A stretch of DNA of 64,000 bases from Lama guanicoe. Its lineage: Eukaryota. Position 1 is the stretch's first letter; each line of letters opens with the position of its first letter. A program made the position numbers and the translations under genes. A model generated the notes under the pieces. It was not told where the DNA came from. It was given only the letters and a program-made list of their open reading frames with translations, and made no database searches. Positions 12,201 to 26,056 of this stretch are shown piece after piece. The stretch is from NCBI GenBank assembly GCA_013239625.1, contig MU057356.1:13208325-13272324 (forward strand), read 5' to 3'.

Positions 12201-14029
12201 TTTCCATTTGCCTTCCACAGTGATTCAGAGAGAAAACAGTCTCATTTTGCTGCTCTAATTGGGAATTGCTGATTCATTTCACAAGTGCAATCATCTTTGC
12301 TATTCATTATACAAACGCGATCTAATGGTACCGTGGATATGGCATGGAGAGGGCGGGCTTTCCACCCCCATTACTGACCCAGATAATTGTAAATGTACTT
12401 GAGGAAACACAGTTCTTTCCATGAAATTCTCCTAATTCACCTTAAGGTTTTGAAACTAAGGCATTCATTTCAAAGAAGGTTCTGTTTCTTTGGGTTTTGC
12501 AGCTATTTAAAAACAATGCTTTCCTTGAAGTTCTATGTATACTTTTAACCTTTTGGCTTAGCTGTAGAAAAGCTTATTACTGCAAGCAGACTCAATCACT
12601 CATGATAGTACACTCTGGAGACCTTATCCTTGCACTGTCTAGTTGAGTAATTAAATGCAGGGTAGATTTACAGTTCACTGGACCGTCATGGAGGGGTGGC
12701 AACCATATCATCTCTCCCTTTTGAATCTTTCAACTTCACATTGCAGCTTTGTATCAGGATCACTGGAATCAAATGTGAAATCAAATATTAAAGAGCAAAT
12801 ATAGACTATAAAAGGGGTGGCACATTGGGAAAAGAGAGACAAGGACATTGAAGGATTTTGTCATCCAAGCAAAGGAAAATTATTCTAACTTGTGTAATTT
12901 TGCGGCTTTGTTAATATTAGAAGATGTAGCTATTATTAGATTCCCTGTTTTATAGAGAAATTAAACGAGGTCATTTCGGTAACAGAGAACTCACACTTTC
13001 TGCAAAACCCCTATTTTCTCAAGGGGCTCATAGGAACTCAACATGGATAGAAAAACCACTCCTTTTCATCTATTCTCAGAATAGGTACCTAGAATCATAA
13101 TGGCTGGAGATTGAAAAGGCCTATTCAGCTCTGGGCTGCAGCCTCCGGGGATCTAGGCAGCATTTTTCCTCATACTATAGTACATTTTCCATTGTTTTGT
13201 ATGGTTTTATTTTAATCGTCTCAATGCCCTCTCCATCTCTACGGAAAACTGGTTCTAGACACTAGCCAATCTCATCATGAAAATTACTTTCTTACCAGAA
13301 ATTAAAAGATATCTCTATTTTGGGGGGAGGAGGGTAAAAACTTATATTCAACAAATAAATGTGAGTAGAGGGATTTAACATCCTGACTAATTTAAACATT
13401 TTAGAACTGGAAAAATCTTCTGGTTTTATGCCAAATGATAAGATAACAGGAAAATTTTTTAAAGACTTTTTTTTTTACCATACACAAATTTTAATAATGT
13501 ACTTGGTGTATGTGGAATTGTCTTTTGAGCCAGTAAAGCTAGAAATAAGCATAGGTTTATCAAAGAAGAGAGTAGAGGCCCTTTTGAGGTTGTCTTCTCT
13601 CTTGAAATAAAAAAATCCTCTTGTTTTCTTTTAAATCAAATATCCCTCAAGTTTGGCCCACTTGTATGTATTTTACTATATAAAACAATCAGACAAATTA
13701 CTGGTCAGCTATTGTTTGAAGAAATACTTATTAGTCTCTTCCTTCCCCCCATTTTTTTGAAGGTTTACTCATACTTTATGAAAGAAATTAAATAGCACTT
13801 TTTTAGCTTCATAAGAGACAAAATACTCTGCACCTCTCAGTTTGTAAATAACAATACTTAGCTACCTCTAATCGACTTTTGGAAATAGGCAAGTTATAAA
13901 TACTGCAAATGAATAAGTACATGTGCAGAATATTTGTCACAGCTTGTTAACATGTGATTTGTCACTGCTATTTAAACAATGGTTTTGATCTTCTGAAAAA
14001 TTTATTAAACTTAAATGTTGACTTCACTT

Positions 14030-15690
14030 ACTTATTTATTCATTCATTCAAATAAAACTCATTGAATACCTATGAAGTGTCAAACACTGTTGTAGGCTCT
14101 GGAGATTTAATGATGAATAAAACAAAGTCCTGTCCTTGTGGAACTTACATTCTAATGGTGGGAGATGAAATGTAAAAAACAAAATATAAATATATATTCT
14201 GTCAAATGGTGACATAAGCAATGGAAAAAAAATCAAGTAGGATAAAGAAGACAGGATCTCACTTATGAGTCTGTGTGCACACAAGTGTGGATTCACGTGC
14301 CTGTGTGTGTGTGTGTGTGTGTGTGTATTTGTGTTGGAGGAAGACTGTTGTTCCCTGCAGCTAGTCAGGATGACAAGGTGACCATAAGAGAAGAGGACCT
14401 GAACAAAGGCTGAATCCAAACTTTCCAGGTTGGGGAGGTTGCTAAATAGAAAAGTGTAAAATGCTGCTGATATGGTTAAGAAATATGATAACGGACTATT
14501 GGGTTTAGCAAAATGGATATCACTGGTGAACTAGATAAGAACATTTTAGTTGCAGTGGTAGGTATGGAAGTCTGAGGATTCTATGGAAACAAGACAGAGG
14601 GAAATTGGAGATATTATATCAAATACTAGTCCTGACAGAGTTTTCTGCCAGGAGAAAAAATGAAATAGAATATTATTAGCTGGACGGATTGTGAGGTTAT
14701 AGCAGTGGAAGAAATAATAGGATGTTTGTACATTGATGGGAAAAATTGATGTGTGTGTGTGTGAGAGAGAGAGAGACCGAAACAGAGAATGAGAGAGAGA
14801 GAGATAAATAATGAGGAAGAGAGAGAGGCAGATTCTCAGAACGATGTCCTCATGTAGGGGAGCAGAGAAGTAGGATGGAATCTGGAGGACAATGTGCAGT
14901 TGAGAGATTTTAGAACGAATGTATGCTGATAGTAATGATGTAGTGGAGTGAAGAAAAATCATGACAGAGGAGAGAAGACAGTGAAGGAGCAATGTGCAAT
15001 GTCCTGGAGTAGCCAGAGGGCTTGGGATGATCTGGTGCACAGACAGACTGGCTTCAATTTGGCAGAGCGTCTATCTGTAGTGACAGGAGGGAAGGCTGAA
15101 GGTGTGGGGGCAGTCATGTGTTCATGGAAGGTGGGGTTGCAGAGGCTGTGAAAGTTACCTTTTGATTTTTTTCCTTTCCTCGGTGAAATGGGCAGAAGCT
15201 GAGGATAAGCATGAAGGTGAAGGTGCTGAAATTTGGAGAACAGAAGGTCAACCAGGAGACAGTAGTCTAGAAGCATGAGAGGAAGAACAGACCAGAGAAG
15301 AGGAACAGGACTGTAGTTAGTAGTCATGATTATAAAATGAGTCCAGTCAATGTGGTTTTGCTTTTCTTTATATATTCAGCTCGCAGGGGCGAGAGCAGCA
15401 TATGTGAATAGTTGAATTTAACTAGGTTTGGGATTTTTCCAGGGATGTTTGATGAAGTAGTTGGAGAGGTGGCACTCAGGAATGATTACATTGATTGAAC
15501 ATAGAATGTAAGCTGGGTTATAGAGAGATGTGAGGACATGAAGGTGGTGAGGGAAAACTAAAAAAAAAAAATATTTGGATCAATGTCCCTGCGGGGTAAG
15601 AATTAGAGTCAAGAGGGAGTGAGCTGGACCCCTAAAAGGAGCAGTTGGTCAGAGATGGGGAACTTAAAACATCATTCTAGATGAAGGACA
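14030..15690 (-). mobile_element. L2 LINE, antisense, ~1.6 kb, with embedded (GT)n and (GA)n
   Basis: Begins with the L2 tail cattcattca...cattgaatacctat...gaataaaacaaagtcctg; purine-rich L2 body continues. Confidence 0.8.
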
Positions 15691-15849
15691 TTCTTAGAAG
15701 AAAAACTTGATTTGTAAGCACAGCTGTTAATCATACAACTACTTCTTGCCTCGTGATATCACATTTCCATCTTTATGCCTCTCCTTACTTGTTAAAATAA
15801 GCATCCTAGATGAAATCTTGAGATTTAGTTTCTCTTTCCACATCCCCCA

Positions 15850-16040
15850 CATAATTATGACAGCTAGAACATTTATATTGGGCTTAAGGTTAAAAAGTTT
15901 TTTTACATACAGTTTTTCATTTTGTTCTCATGAAAATGCTGTGCATCCACACTTTACAAAAAAAAAAGGAAATTAAGTCTTAGAGAAGCATAGAAACTTT
16001 GCAAAGGTTGGAGGGTTATTTATTCCAGCTCCAAATGCAA
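15850..16040 (-). mobile_element. MIR SINE
   Basis: cacactttacaaa...ggaaattaagtcttagagaag...aactttgcaaagg core. Confidence 0.5.
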
Positions 16041-16199
16041 AGTTGATCCCACAAATAATTTGGTCACAGAATACATAATACACACATACACACACCACAA
16101 CCTCACCTCCTCAAACAGATGCATGCATGCACACAGACACACAAAACCTCTTCTCTGCCAACATTTCAGAATAGAAAATAAGAAAATTTCAGCCTTTCT

Positions 16200-16815
16200 T
16201 TGCCACCAATTTTAGCATTTAGTAACATTTCTCATATCTCTCTGGGTCCATTCATCTAAAACCCTCTCCCCTTCCTTGAGCAATCCATTCTTCACACTGC
16301 AGCCAGAATTATCTTTAAAACAAGCAAAGTGATCATTTAATGTGCCCATTTCAAATCTTTCAGCAGCTCCCTTGTATTTTTAGGGTTAAGTAAAATTCCG
16401 TAATTTGCCCTGTCATATGCTGTATGGTTTGATCTTAAACCACCTTTCACTTACCCAGTATTGTCTCCCCAGCCTCTAGCCCAGTACCTGGAACCTGATA
16501 GTAACAGCTAACACTTAGACAGCACACAGGCCAGTCTTTGTCCTAGGTGCTGTATACCTGTAAGTGCATTGTAATCTACTGTTATTGTTCTCTCTCTCTC
16601 TCTATCATCATTTAATCCTCATATCAACCCACTGTCATCCTTCACACACTAAGGAACTAGCATACAGGATAATCAAGCAACTTGTTTGAAGTTTCATACC
16701 TCTCATGTGTCAGAGATAGGAGTTAAACCCACACAGACTGGGTCCAGTGCTGTGTCCTTTACCAGTACACATGGTGCCACTGACATAATACATTAATAAG
16801 TTAACAGATGAATGA
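16200..16815. mobile_element. L2 fragment (+) interrupted by MIR (-, ~16500-16780)
   Basis: cacactgcagccagaattatcttt (L2); catttaatcctcatatcaaccc...aagcaacttg (MIR). Confidence 0.6.
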
Positions 16816-17870
16816 AAATATTGTCCTCTGTGTGTCCATTCTACACAGATTATGCTGCAATTTTTCTTCTATTTTTCAGTGAGAAACACCTCATCCCTAG
16901 CTGCTCAAACTCATATTAAAGATGTTTACTAAAAGACACTTTACATTGTCTGCAAACTGGAAAACCTCCTCTTCTGAACACTTTTTTTCTGATAATAGAA
17001 ACAAGAATTCATAGTCTTTCACTGTTGTAAAAGAAAAACACACAAGCTCTTAGCCTTCTATTTGTAATACAGAGGGATAAATCAAGGTTAAAAAATAAAC
17101 AAAATTATGGGCAAAATTACTTCACATCATTAAGATTGTAAACTAAAAGTAAATTAACCAGAAACATGAAAGTGTGAAATTCAGTAGAAATCACCACTTT
17201 CCTCCATACTCAATCACTAACAAACCATTAAAAGAGTTTATTCCTTTTCAAAGAGTTGATAGTTTTAGTGTGAAAAGAGAGAATTTGAGACATTTTGAGT
17301 CTCAAGGGGCCATAAAGGTCCTGTTCTACAATGACTCATTCTCTGTAGGATTTCCTTCTACTGCAGCAGAAGGCCACCTCTGCTTGTACATCCTTTGTCA
17401 TAAGTTGCTAACTATTTTGAACAATTGCTTTTATTCCACTCTTACAGTTAGGAATAGCTTTATTACTATCTTCCTATTTCTGCCTCCTGGAATTCTCAGA
17501 CATTGGTCTCACTTTTGCTCTTTTGAGTCACATGGACCATCAATCTACCTGCTCCACCACCGTGCAAATGGCAGCTCCTGATATAATTGAGGGTCAGTGT
17601 GCTTGTCCTAAACTCCCAACCATCTGAATAAGATGTTGAGTCTAGGTATCTTTCCATTCTGGTTTAAAAATATTTTCCTCATGGTTCTCCTTATATTGTA
17701 ACATCTAGTACAGAATACATGTTCAGAAAGAAATCTGAGCTTCTTTTGGGTACTGTACTTGCACTAAAAAAGGTGTTAAATCTAATTTGGTCTTTGTTTA
17801 ATGTTTGTTTTTTTTCAGCTATGTTAGTCTGTATTGAGTTTATAGTCAACTAAAATTCCAACACAGCTTT

Positions 17871-18421
17871 TTTTTTAATTAAAATATAATCAGTTTACAA
17901 TATTATGTCAGTTTCTGGTGTACAGTATAATGTTTCAGTCATACAAACACATATATATATTCATTTTCATACTTCTTTTCATTACAGGCTATAAGATATT
18001 GAGTATAGTTCCCTGTGCCATACAGAAGAAATTTGTTGTTTATCTATTTTATATACAGTAGTTAGTATCTACAAATCTCAAACTCCTAATTTATCCCTTC
18101 CAACCCCCTTTCCCCCTGGTAACCATAAGTTTACTATGTCTATATATTTGTTTCTGTTTCGTAAATAANNNNNNNNNNNNNNNNNNNNNNNNNNNNNNNN
18201 NNNNNNNNNNNNNNNNNNNNNNNNNNNNNNNNNNNNNNNNNNNNNNNNNNNNNNNNNNNNNNNNNNNNNNNNNNNNNNNNNNNNNNNNNNNNNNNNNNNN
18301 NNNNNNNNNNNNNNNNNNNNNNNNNNNNNNNNNNNNNNNNNNNNNNNNNNNTTTACCTAGTCATCTGTCAATGGACATTTAGGTTGTTTCCATGTCTTGG
18401 CTATTGTAAATAATGCTGCTA
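17871..18421 (-). mobile_element. Young L1 3' end (camelid-like), 5'-truncated, with TSD
   Basis: poly-T then cagtttacaat...gttccctgtgccatacag; TSD ccaacacagcttt (17858) / ccaaaatagcttt (18422); N gap 18169-18351. Confidence 0.85.
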
Positions 18422-19367
18422 CCAAAATAGCTTTAAATCTGTTTCTGAAGGATGATCAAATTTTGAAATATAGTGCCTCTACTACCTTTCTGCTCTAGGA
18501 CTTTCACTTTGATTTTCCTTGTTGAATCAAAGGGTTATTGAGAATACTTTGTTTTAGACATTAGTATTTTAGCTATCTCTCTATCATTGATTTATAACTT
18601 TATTACTTTATAGATAAAGGCTGTATAATATTGATTCTTAGGAATTTATTGAGACTGTGGCCTTCTACAAGGTTACATTTTCAATATTTTCTAATTTTGC
18701 CTGAAGCAAAGGCATAGTCTCTGTTGATGTAAAGTTTATTACTTAGAGCTTATTTTTTTTAATTTGTAAGAAATTATTTGCTTTTTTTGCTCTGTTTGAT
18801 TTATTGGCAATTATTAGTTAATAATCTACAACTAGAATTGTTGATTTATCCATTTTCCCTTATAGTTCTGTGAGCTTCATTCTTGGGGGAAGAAAAGACC
18901 AGTGGACTGGTACTACAATTCTTTGAACTGATTTTTTTTTTTGCCTTAGAATAGGTAAATGAGTATTTTATAGTTTGAGGGTCTAGAACCCAACTCTATG
19001 AGTCATTCAGTGCTGCTATATACGTTACACTCAGCTGTTAAAAGAAGCAACCAAGAGAGAAATATTAGATCTTTTACACAGCAGGAAGAGAGAGCAGCTA
19101 AGGCCAATGATAAAATAATTCTCAATACATAAGAAAGGAGAGGAACAAACAAATAATGCTGTGGGGTTTGGGGGAGGTAGGGAATGGAAACTCACTTGGA
19201 TATAATGCCTTAAAGTAAGACATTTCTGAGTGGTAGAAGCTGGCTGTTGGTTGTTTCCTGAAGGTGTCAGCAGAGATCAGAGAAAGGAGAATAAAGACAC
19301 AACTCTGAGGGGAAGTGCTTCATTGGCATAGTGCAAGAGAATGAATTATCACATCAAGAATGACCAC

Positions 19368-20107
19368 TGGAGAAAAAGGANNNNNNNNNNNNNNNNNNNN
19401 NNNNNNNNNNNNNNNNNNNNNNNNNNNNNNNNNNNNNNNNNNNNNNNNNNNNNNNNNNNNNNNNNNNNNNNNNNNNNNNNNNNNNNNNNNNNNNNNNNNN
19501 NNNNNNNNNNNNNNNNNNNNNNTTCAAAAAGACACCTGCACCCCAATGTTCATAGAAGAACTATTNNNNNNNNNNNNNNNNNNNNNNNNNNNNNNNNNNN
19601 NNNNNNNNNNNNNNNNNNNNNNNNNNNNNNNNNNNNNNNNNNNNNNNNNNNNNNNNNNNNNNNNNNNNNNNNNNNNNNNNNNNNNNNNNNNNNNNNNNNN
19701 NNNNNNNNNNNNNNNTCATATTAAGTGAAATAAATCAGACAGAGAAAGACAAATATCATATAATGTCACTTATATATGGAATCTAAACAAATATATAAAA
19801 ATTTTACTTAAATACCAGAAATAGACTCACAGGCATAGAAAACAAACTGGTTACCAGGGGGTTAGTGCAGGGGAGGAATAGATTAGGAGTTTGGGATTAA
19901 TAGATACACATTACTATATATAAACAACAAGGACCTACTGTATAGCACAGGGGATTATATTCAATTTCCTGTAATAAGCTGCAGTAGAAAAGATATATAT
20001 GTATAAATATGTATGTATATATATAACTGAATTGATTTGCTGTACATATGAAACTAACATCGACTACACTTCAACAAAAAGTAAGAATTAAATTAAAAAA
20101 AATAAAA
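19368..20107 (+). mobile_element. Young L1 3' end with ORF2 C-terminal remnant, A-tail and TSD
   Basis: KDTCTPMFI ORF2 motif; aacaaggacctactgtatagcacaggg; TSD aagaatgaccac (19356) / aagaatggccac (20108). Confidence 0.9.
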
Positions 20108-20329
20108 AAGAATGGCCACCATGCTCTAAGGCTCAAGGTGGTCTGCCATTTTCCTGGGATTAAGTAAAGCAAGGGAGCGTGGAGCCAGTATGGCTGCTAA
20201 TGCCCTTCTTGCCAACAGTGGCAAATAAAGTGTTGGGGCCCAGGTTAGATGTGATTTCAGAAAATGAATAAACAGAATTTTTTGGCATCTTGTGTCTCAC
20301 TGAGCACTTTGTCCGTATTATCAACATAT

Positions 20330-20495
20330 CTGAATGCATTATTTAATTTCATTTTAATCTCTTTTTCTTTACAAAGGTGTGGGCACCTTGACAATAGGCA
20401 TTGAATGTTAATCACCTTTAAAACTTCAGCATCTCACATCATGCTGCATACAGAGCAGGTTACCAACAGCTATGTGCTGATTAAACAAATGAAGT
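20330..20495 (+). mobile_element. L2 3' tail fragment
   Basis: gcatacagagcagg...tgctgattaaacaaatgaa. Confidence 0.45.
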
Positions 20496-21159
20496 AAATA
20501 TTAGAAATTCAGAGAGATTGATAGCACTGTCTACCATAGATCTTACCAGAGTAATTAGGTAAGTGTGTAACTTTCAGACCCACTTTTCACAGGACTGAAG
20601 ATCTCTGTGCTTCCAACTCATTATGATTTAGTTCTTCCTAAGTGATGAAATAATGCCCACTTAATTGTAATGACAGTTTTCTTTAGTTTGTCTGACACCA
20701 AGGTTACTGTCAACGTAGAGAAAATGGCATGGCCTTATTAAGAACATTAACACCATAAACAGTATGTAGGGGAGGACTACATTCCTTTATTGAAGCACCG
20801 GCATCATATGTATAAGGAATACTTGTTAAGTGCCCACATTTGTCTCCATGTAAGTTTAAAGACTATAATCCCTGACCCATGAAAAAGGTAGTTTTCCCTC
20901 TTTGATTTAATATTTCATCTCCTAACATTACTTCTAAATATGGCAGGGTTTTTAGTTCATGTTCTTCATGTGTGTAGGTCATCAACATTTTATTACCGAA
21001 GGTGACATGAAAGGTGCGTATTGTCCATTATTCATGTAACCTATGTTATCATCCCTGGGTAGCAATTACATATCAGTATGCTAAATGCTTTTTAAGAATT
21101 GAAGCGATGTTGGTAGGATGAAATTGTTTAAGTAGAAAACAAAACAAAACAGCAACAAC

Positions 21160-21355
21160 TGGGCTGCTTTAGAGATGTGGAATTCAAAATCAGTTGAGCA
21201 GGATATGGGAACTAACTGGTGGTACTTCTTGCTAACTGGTTGACTATGGAAAAATTGTCTGTTTCTTCATTTTTGACATGGACATGATACCTGAACTTAT
21301 CTTACTTGGTAGTTATCAGGTTAAAATGAAATAATGTATGTGAAAGCACTTACTA
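21160..21355 (+). mobile_element. MIR SINE
   Basis: ctgtttcttcatt...aggttaaaatgaaataatgtatgtgaaagcactta. Confidence 0.7.
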
Positions 21356-21421
21356 TTACTATTTTAAAAATCTTTCTGGCCCTCTTTCTCCATTATTGGA
21401 AGTACATTGATTTAACTAATT

Positions 21422-21423
<2 letters not shown>

Positions 21424-21469
<46 letters not shown>
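21424..21469. repeat. (GT)23 microsatellite
   Basis: Read directly. Confidence 0.95.
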
Positions 21470-21470
<1 letters not shown>

Positions 21471-24400
21471 TAGAGGGGTGGTAAGTAAAGGTATGGTCCA
21501 TTCTACAATATATCTTTCTTATTCTTTTCAGAGATTGGTTAGGCGCAGTGTAAGATAGCAACACAATAGCAATTTTATAGCACTGTTTAAGCTTTTACAT
21601 TTACATACTGCCTGAAGGACCTCACACCAGAGCCAAACAAGTAAGTTGCTTTCAATTAAGGATATTGGCTCAGTGCTTGGTGTTTACACACAATTATTTA
21701 TGTATGAGTTGGGGGTTCCTACTTTCAAAATGGGTATTAGAAATAAGCTGCTTGATTTTACATCAGATTTAGCCCTCTAAACTTCACGCCTAATAAAAAT
21801 ACCGTGCCTATTATATGACAGCATTGTAGATGATTTTTTTAGTTAATTTTCTATTACTCATAATGTATGGATATTCNNNNNNNNNNNNNNNNNNNNNNNN
21901 NNNNNNNNNNNNNNNNNNNNNNNNNNNNNNNNNNNNNNNNNNNNNNNNNNNNNNNNNNNNNNNNNNNNNNNNNNNNNNNNNNNNNNNNNNNNNNNNNNNN
22001 NNNNNNNNNNNNNNNNNNNNNNNNNNNNNNNNNNNNNNNNNNNNNNNNNNNNNNNNNNNNNNNNNNNNNNNNNNNNNNNNNNNNNNNNNNNNNNNNNNNN
22101 NNNNNNNNNNNNNNNNNNNNNNNNNNNNNNNNNNNNNNNNNNNNNNNNNNNNNNNNNNNNNNNNNNNNNNNNNNNNNNNNNNNNNCCAGAGCTGATGTGT
22201 ATTGGAGATTAGCACTTTCAACTCAGAGGAACCCTGTCAATTATATATTTAGGGCTTTGCAATGGCTCTTAACAATTGTAATCTAATCAGTCCCTTACTT
22301 GGTACATTGTTATTATGTGCAAAGAAATCATCACAGCTTTATAGTCTGGCCTTAACAGGAAATAACCTCACTTAACTGACTAATGTTAACCATGTAATGA
22401 CAATGAATTTTCTGGTGACTTCTTTTCTTCCGATAACAGATTTTATTTCACTTGGAAATCACTCAGCCATGAGCCAAAGCTTCAGTAGATGCACATATAT
22501 CCAATTTTATTCGGATGGTCCACTCAATTGATTTGAATCACTTACTAAGGAGAGAGATTATGGTACCCTTGATTTCTGAAATTTTATTGTCATTATTGCC
22601 TTCTTATTTTACAAGCTATTTAAAATAAAGTAATTTCTGGTCCTCCTGTGGAGCAGAAGTACAAATAAAACATCACAAGATGAAACTGACTGGGCGAGTT
22701 ACTACAGTACCATTTTTATTTTGTCTTTCTTCTTTATAAAGCAGAGTTCACAGTTGCATCATTTTCCTTACTGGGAAAAAATCATAAGTCTCAATGAACA
22801 GTAAATGTTGGAATATTGATTCTCTCTATTTTCAAATTCTCTTAGTATACCTAGCTCATCTGTATGTTTTGAACATAAAATTATATATGCAACATTTCTT
22901 CAGTGTTCTTAAGGGACTGGGACTGTTCCAATCAAATTATTAGGTGCTTTTTATTTGTAATATTAAGCTTCATTTTATATACATGTGAGGTTTATATATA
23001 AAGAAATTAAAGTTTTATTTATTAATTAATAAACCTTCAGTTTAGATCCAAGATATTATAACTATAATTTAAATATACAGTGGAATTTGAAATTTCTCAA
23101 TTTGTGGACATCACATTAAGAGTGTAACCCGAGGCATCAACAGCTCTGAGAAGACAGGGACACTTAGAAAGGGACTGGAAAGCTTCTATCAAATTAGTTA
23201 GCCCATACTTTGGGGGAAAGAGAGGGAGGGGAGGGACAGACATAGGTTTGGAGTATGGGGATTGGACAGTTGAAAGGGAAAGAAGCCTGAATATGTGAAA
23301 AGTGAGTCAGTATGCGTTCAAAATTGGAAAATATGAAGTACATGTAGATTTAGAAGAATCGCTAATACCTACTGGGTTCCAATGAGTCATAAACACAGAC
23401 CACATCGTGCCCTACAGGGTTCCTATGTGTGTTCATTACTCTTAATGCAGTTCTGTGCAAGCCCCAGAGGAACAAAGCCAACTCCCAAATCTTGGGGTTA
23501 GTGTAATCATTCTGAGGCTGGCACTCTGCCCATGCTTGACTAAGTCTGCTGATGTTTCTGACAGAGGAGAAAAAAAAGGAAAACATTTGGTTTGAGTTTA
23601 CAGATTGCTTTCTTTTTAAAAATTGGGGGAGGGTGGAGTGGTTGAGGTGGGTGGAAATGAATGTTGTCACTGGGCTAAAGTTTTGAAAATTACAAATACA
23701 CAATAAAATGAAATTAATCCTTCGTGCAAATCATCCGGAGTTTTGCCGTTTTTTGGGGATGGAGACTTGATGTGAAACCATTGACAATGCCATAGAACCC
23801 TCAGCCACTAGGGTGTTAAAGCTGAGACTTCTCTTTCAGAGCCTTTCTTCTTTCCTGCAATTGCCCAGAGAGTGTTTATTTGAATGCTAGTTAATTAAAT
23901 TTTAGTAAGGACCAAGGCAATCAGATTTATCTCAGTCTCTTCATCTTCTGTTCCTAATTTAGCTTTTAAGGAGTGCTTTCTGATTGCAAACCCCATGAAA
24001 GAAAAATCAGAGGGCTATGAGGGGAAGGCATAGAGATTATGTTAAGCTTCATCAACCAGGAAATAAAGTGAAAGTAAATTTTCAATGTGCTGGAAGGGAG
24101 TAGAGACACATAAGCATACACTTTGTATTCGAGCATGATCGTTTAACTTAGTTCTCTACTTTGTTGAGGTATTCAAGTCATTTTTTCCTCTGCCTCCCTC
24201 CCCTTCCCAGAGCAACACGGTTCTCAAACTTGAGAGTAGCTCAAAATACAACACTGTTGGNNNNNNNNNNNNNNNNNNNNNNNNNNNNNNNNNNNNNNNN
24301 NNNNNNNNNNNNNNNNNNNNNNNNNNNNNNNNNNNNNNNNNNNNNNNNNNNNNNNNNNNNNNNNNNNNNNNNNNNNNNNNNNNNNNNNNNNNACCTCTGC

Positions 24401-24969
24401 TCTCTTCTGGGATTTCTTCCAACCAAGCCTGCTCAGTGGAACCCCTGAGGGGAGGAAAGCACACAAGCTCTGGGCCAAAAAATTAGAAAAAGCAACAAAG
24501 ATGCTGGAACCAAAAAGTTCAATGTGGGCCAGAATTCAAGTTCATATTAACCTTTTTTTTCCTGGTTTGAGCCTCACAGTCAGTACTTCCATTTGTTTTT
24601 CAGATCACATTCTCTTAGCTTTCAGGGACTTCACAAAACCTTGGGTGATGGTTTTATATGTTTCTGCTTTGAACATGTGGACAGTTTGGCCCTGAGTTGT
24701 CTCTTGATGACAGTGAGATCATTTAAGTTGCATAAGAGTTTCAGGAGCCGTCATGTTGAGTTCTTGGGGGAGCGGACGCTGCTCTACCCTGGGTAAATGC
24801 TCTGAAGTGAAGGAATTTCAGAAAAGATTTCCCAAAGGGATGAGTTTCTGGGTCCTCAAACAAGCAAGAAATAAAACCTACATTCATTTAATATTCTTTA
24901 TATTGACTTCATATTATTTTTTATTGAAATACCCATATATGCTTTTGAAAAAATCTATATTAGTTGTTT

Positions 24970-25200
24970 GGCCAGTGGGGAAGGCAATATGTTCCAGGAT
25001 CTGAAGTCTGATTGCTGAGGCTGGAATCCTAATTCCTCCACCTATTTGCTCTAAGATCTTAGATGAACCACTGAGCTTTCTCTCCCCTCTTTCCTCTCTT
25101 ATAAAATGGAGATAATAATAAGAAATATACCCTCTGGGGTTGCTTGGAGTAGTAACGGAATAATATATGTCAAATATTTTAAACAGTACTTAATAAAAAT
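24970..25200 (+). mobile_element. MIR SINE
   Basis: gaatcctaattcctccacctatt...ttcctctcttataaaatggagataataata. Confidence 0.7.
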
Positions 25201-25434
25201 GACTATATTATCTTTTAAACAGGAAATTTGTTTTGTGATTTTCTTATTCCTATATTATTAAGCTTTTTGGAAAAGACTCAGTAAAGGATGGTAGTCATGG
25301 TATGTAGTGATTTATAGTCATTTTCTCTAACTCCTTTTTCATCTTACAGGGAGATGATTAAAATTACTGAGTTCTCTTTTTTTATAAAATGGTATTGGGA
25401 GAATATTTCTTTTAGGATATTGTAGTGTGTTTTT

Positions 25435-26056
25435 TTAATACATGAATATACATATATTCATTTTCATTCTTTTCACCATAGGTTGCTATGAGATATCAAA
25501 TATAGTTTCTTGTGCTATACAGTGTGAACTTGCTGTTTATCTATTTTATATATATTAGTTAGTATCTGCAAACCTCGAACTCCCAGTTTATTGCTTCCCA
25601 TCCCTTTCCCCCACATGGTAAGTGTAAATTTGTTTTCTATGTCTATGAGTCTGTTTCTGTTTTTATATATAAGTTCATTTGTCTTTTTTTTTTTTTTAAG
25701 ATTCCACATATAAGTGATATCACATGGTATTCTTCTTTCTCCTTCTGGCTAACTTCACTTAGAATGACATTCTCCAGGTCCATCCATGTTGCTACAAATG
25801 GCATTATTTTATTNNNNNNNNNNNNNNNNNNNNNNNNNNNNNNNNNNNNNNNNNNNNNNNNNNNNNNNNNNNNNNNNNNNNNNNNNNNNNNNNNNNNNNN
25901 NNNNNNNNNNNNNNNNNNNNNNNNNNNNNNNNNNNNNNNNNNNNNNNNNNCATCTTTTTGAATTAAAGTTCCCTCTGGATAAATGCCCAGGAGTGGGATT
26001 GCTGGATCATATGCTAGGTCTATTTTTAGTCTTCTGAGGAATCTTCATACTGTGTA
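25435..26056 (-). mobile_element. Young L1 3' end with 14-bp TSD
   Basis: TSD tgtagtgtgttttt at 25421-25434 and 26057-26070; gattccacatataagtgatatc, cccaggagtgggattgctggatcatatg. Confidence 0.9.

Noticed and set aside
25322-25350. Acceptor-like ctaac...ttacag
   Set aside because: No convincing donor or reading frame downstream; such sites are common.
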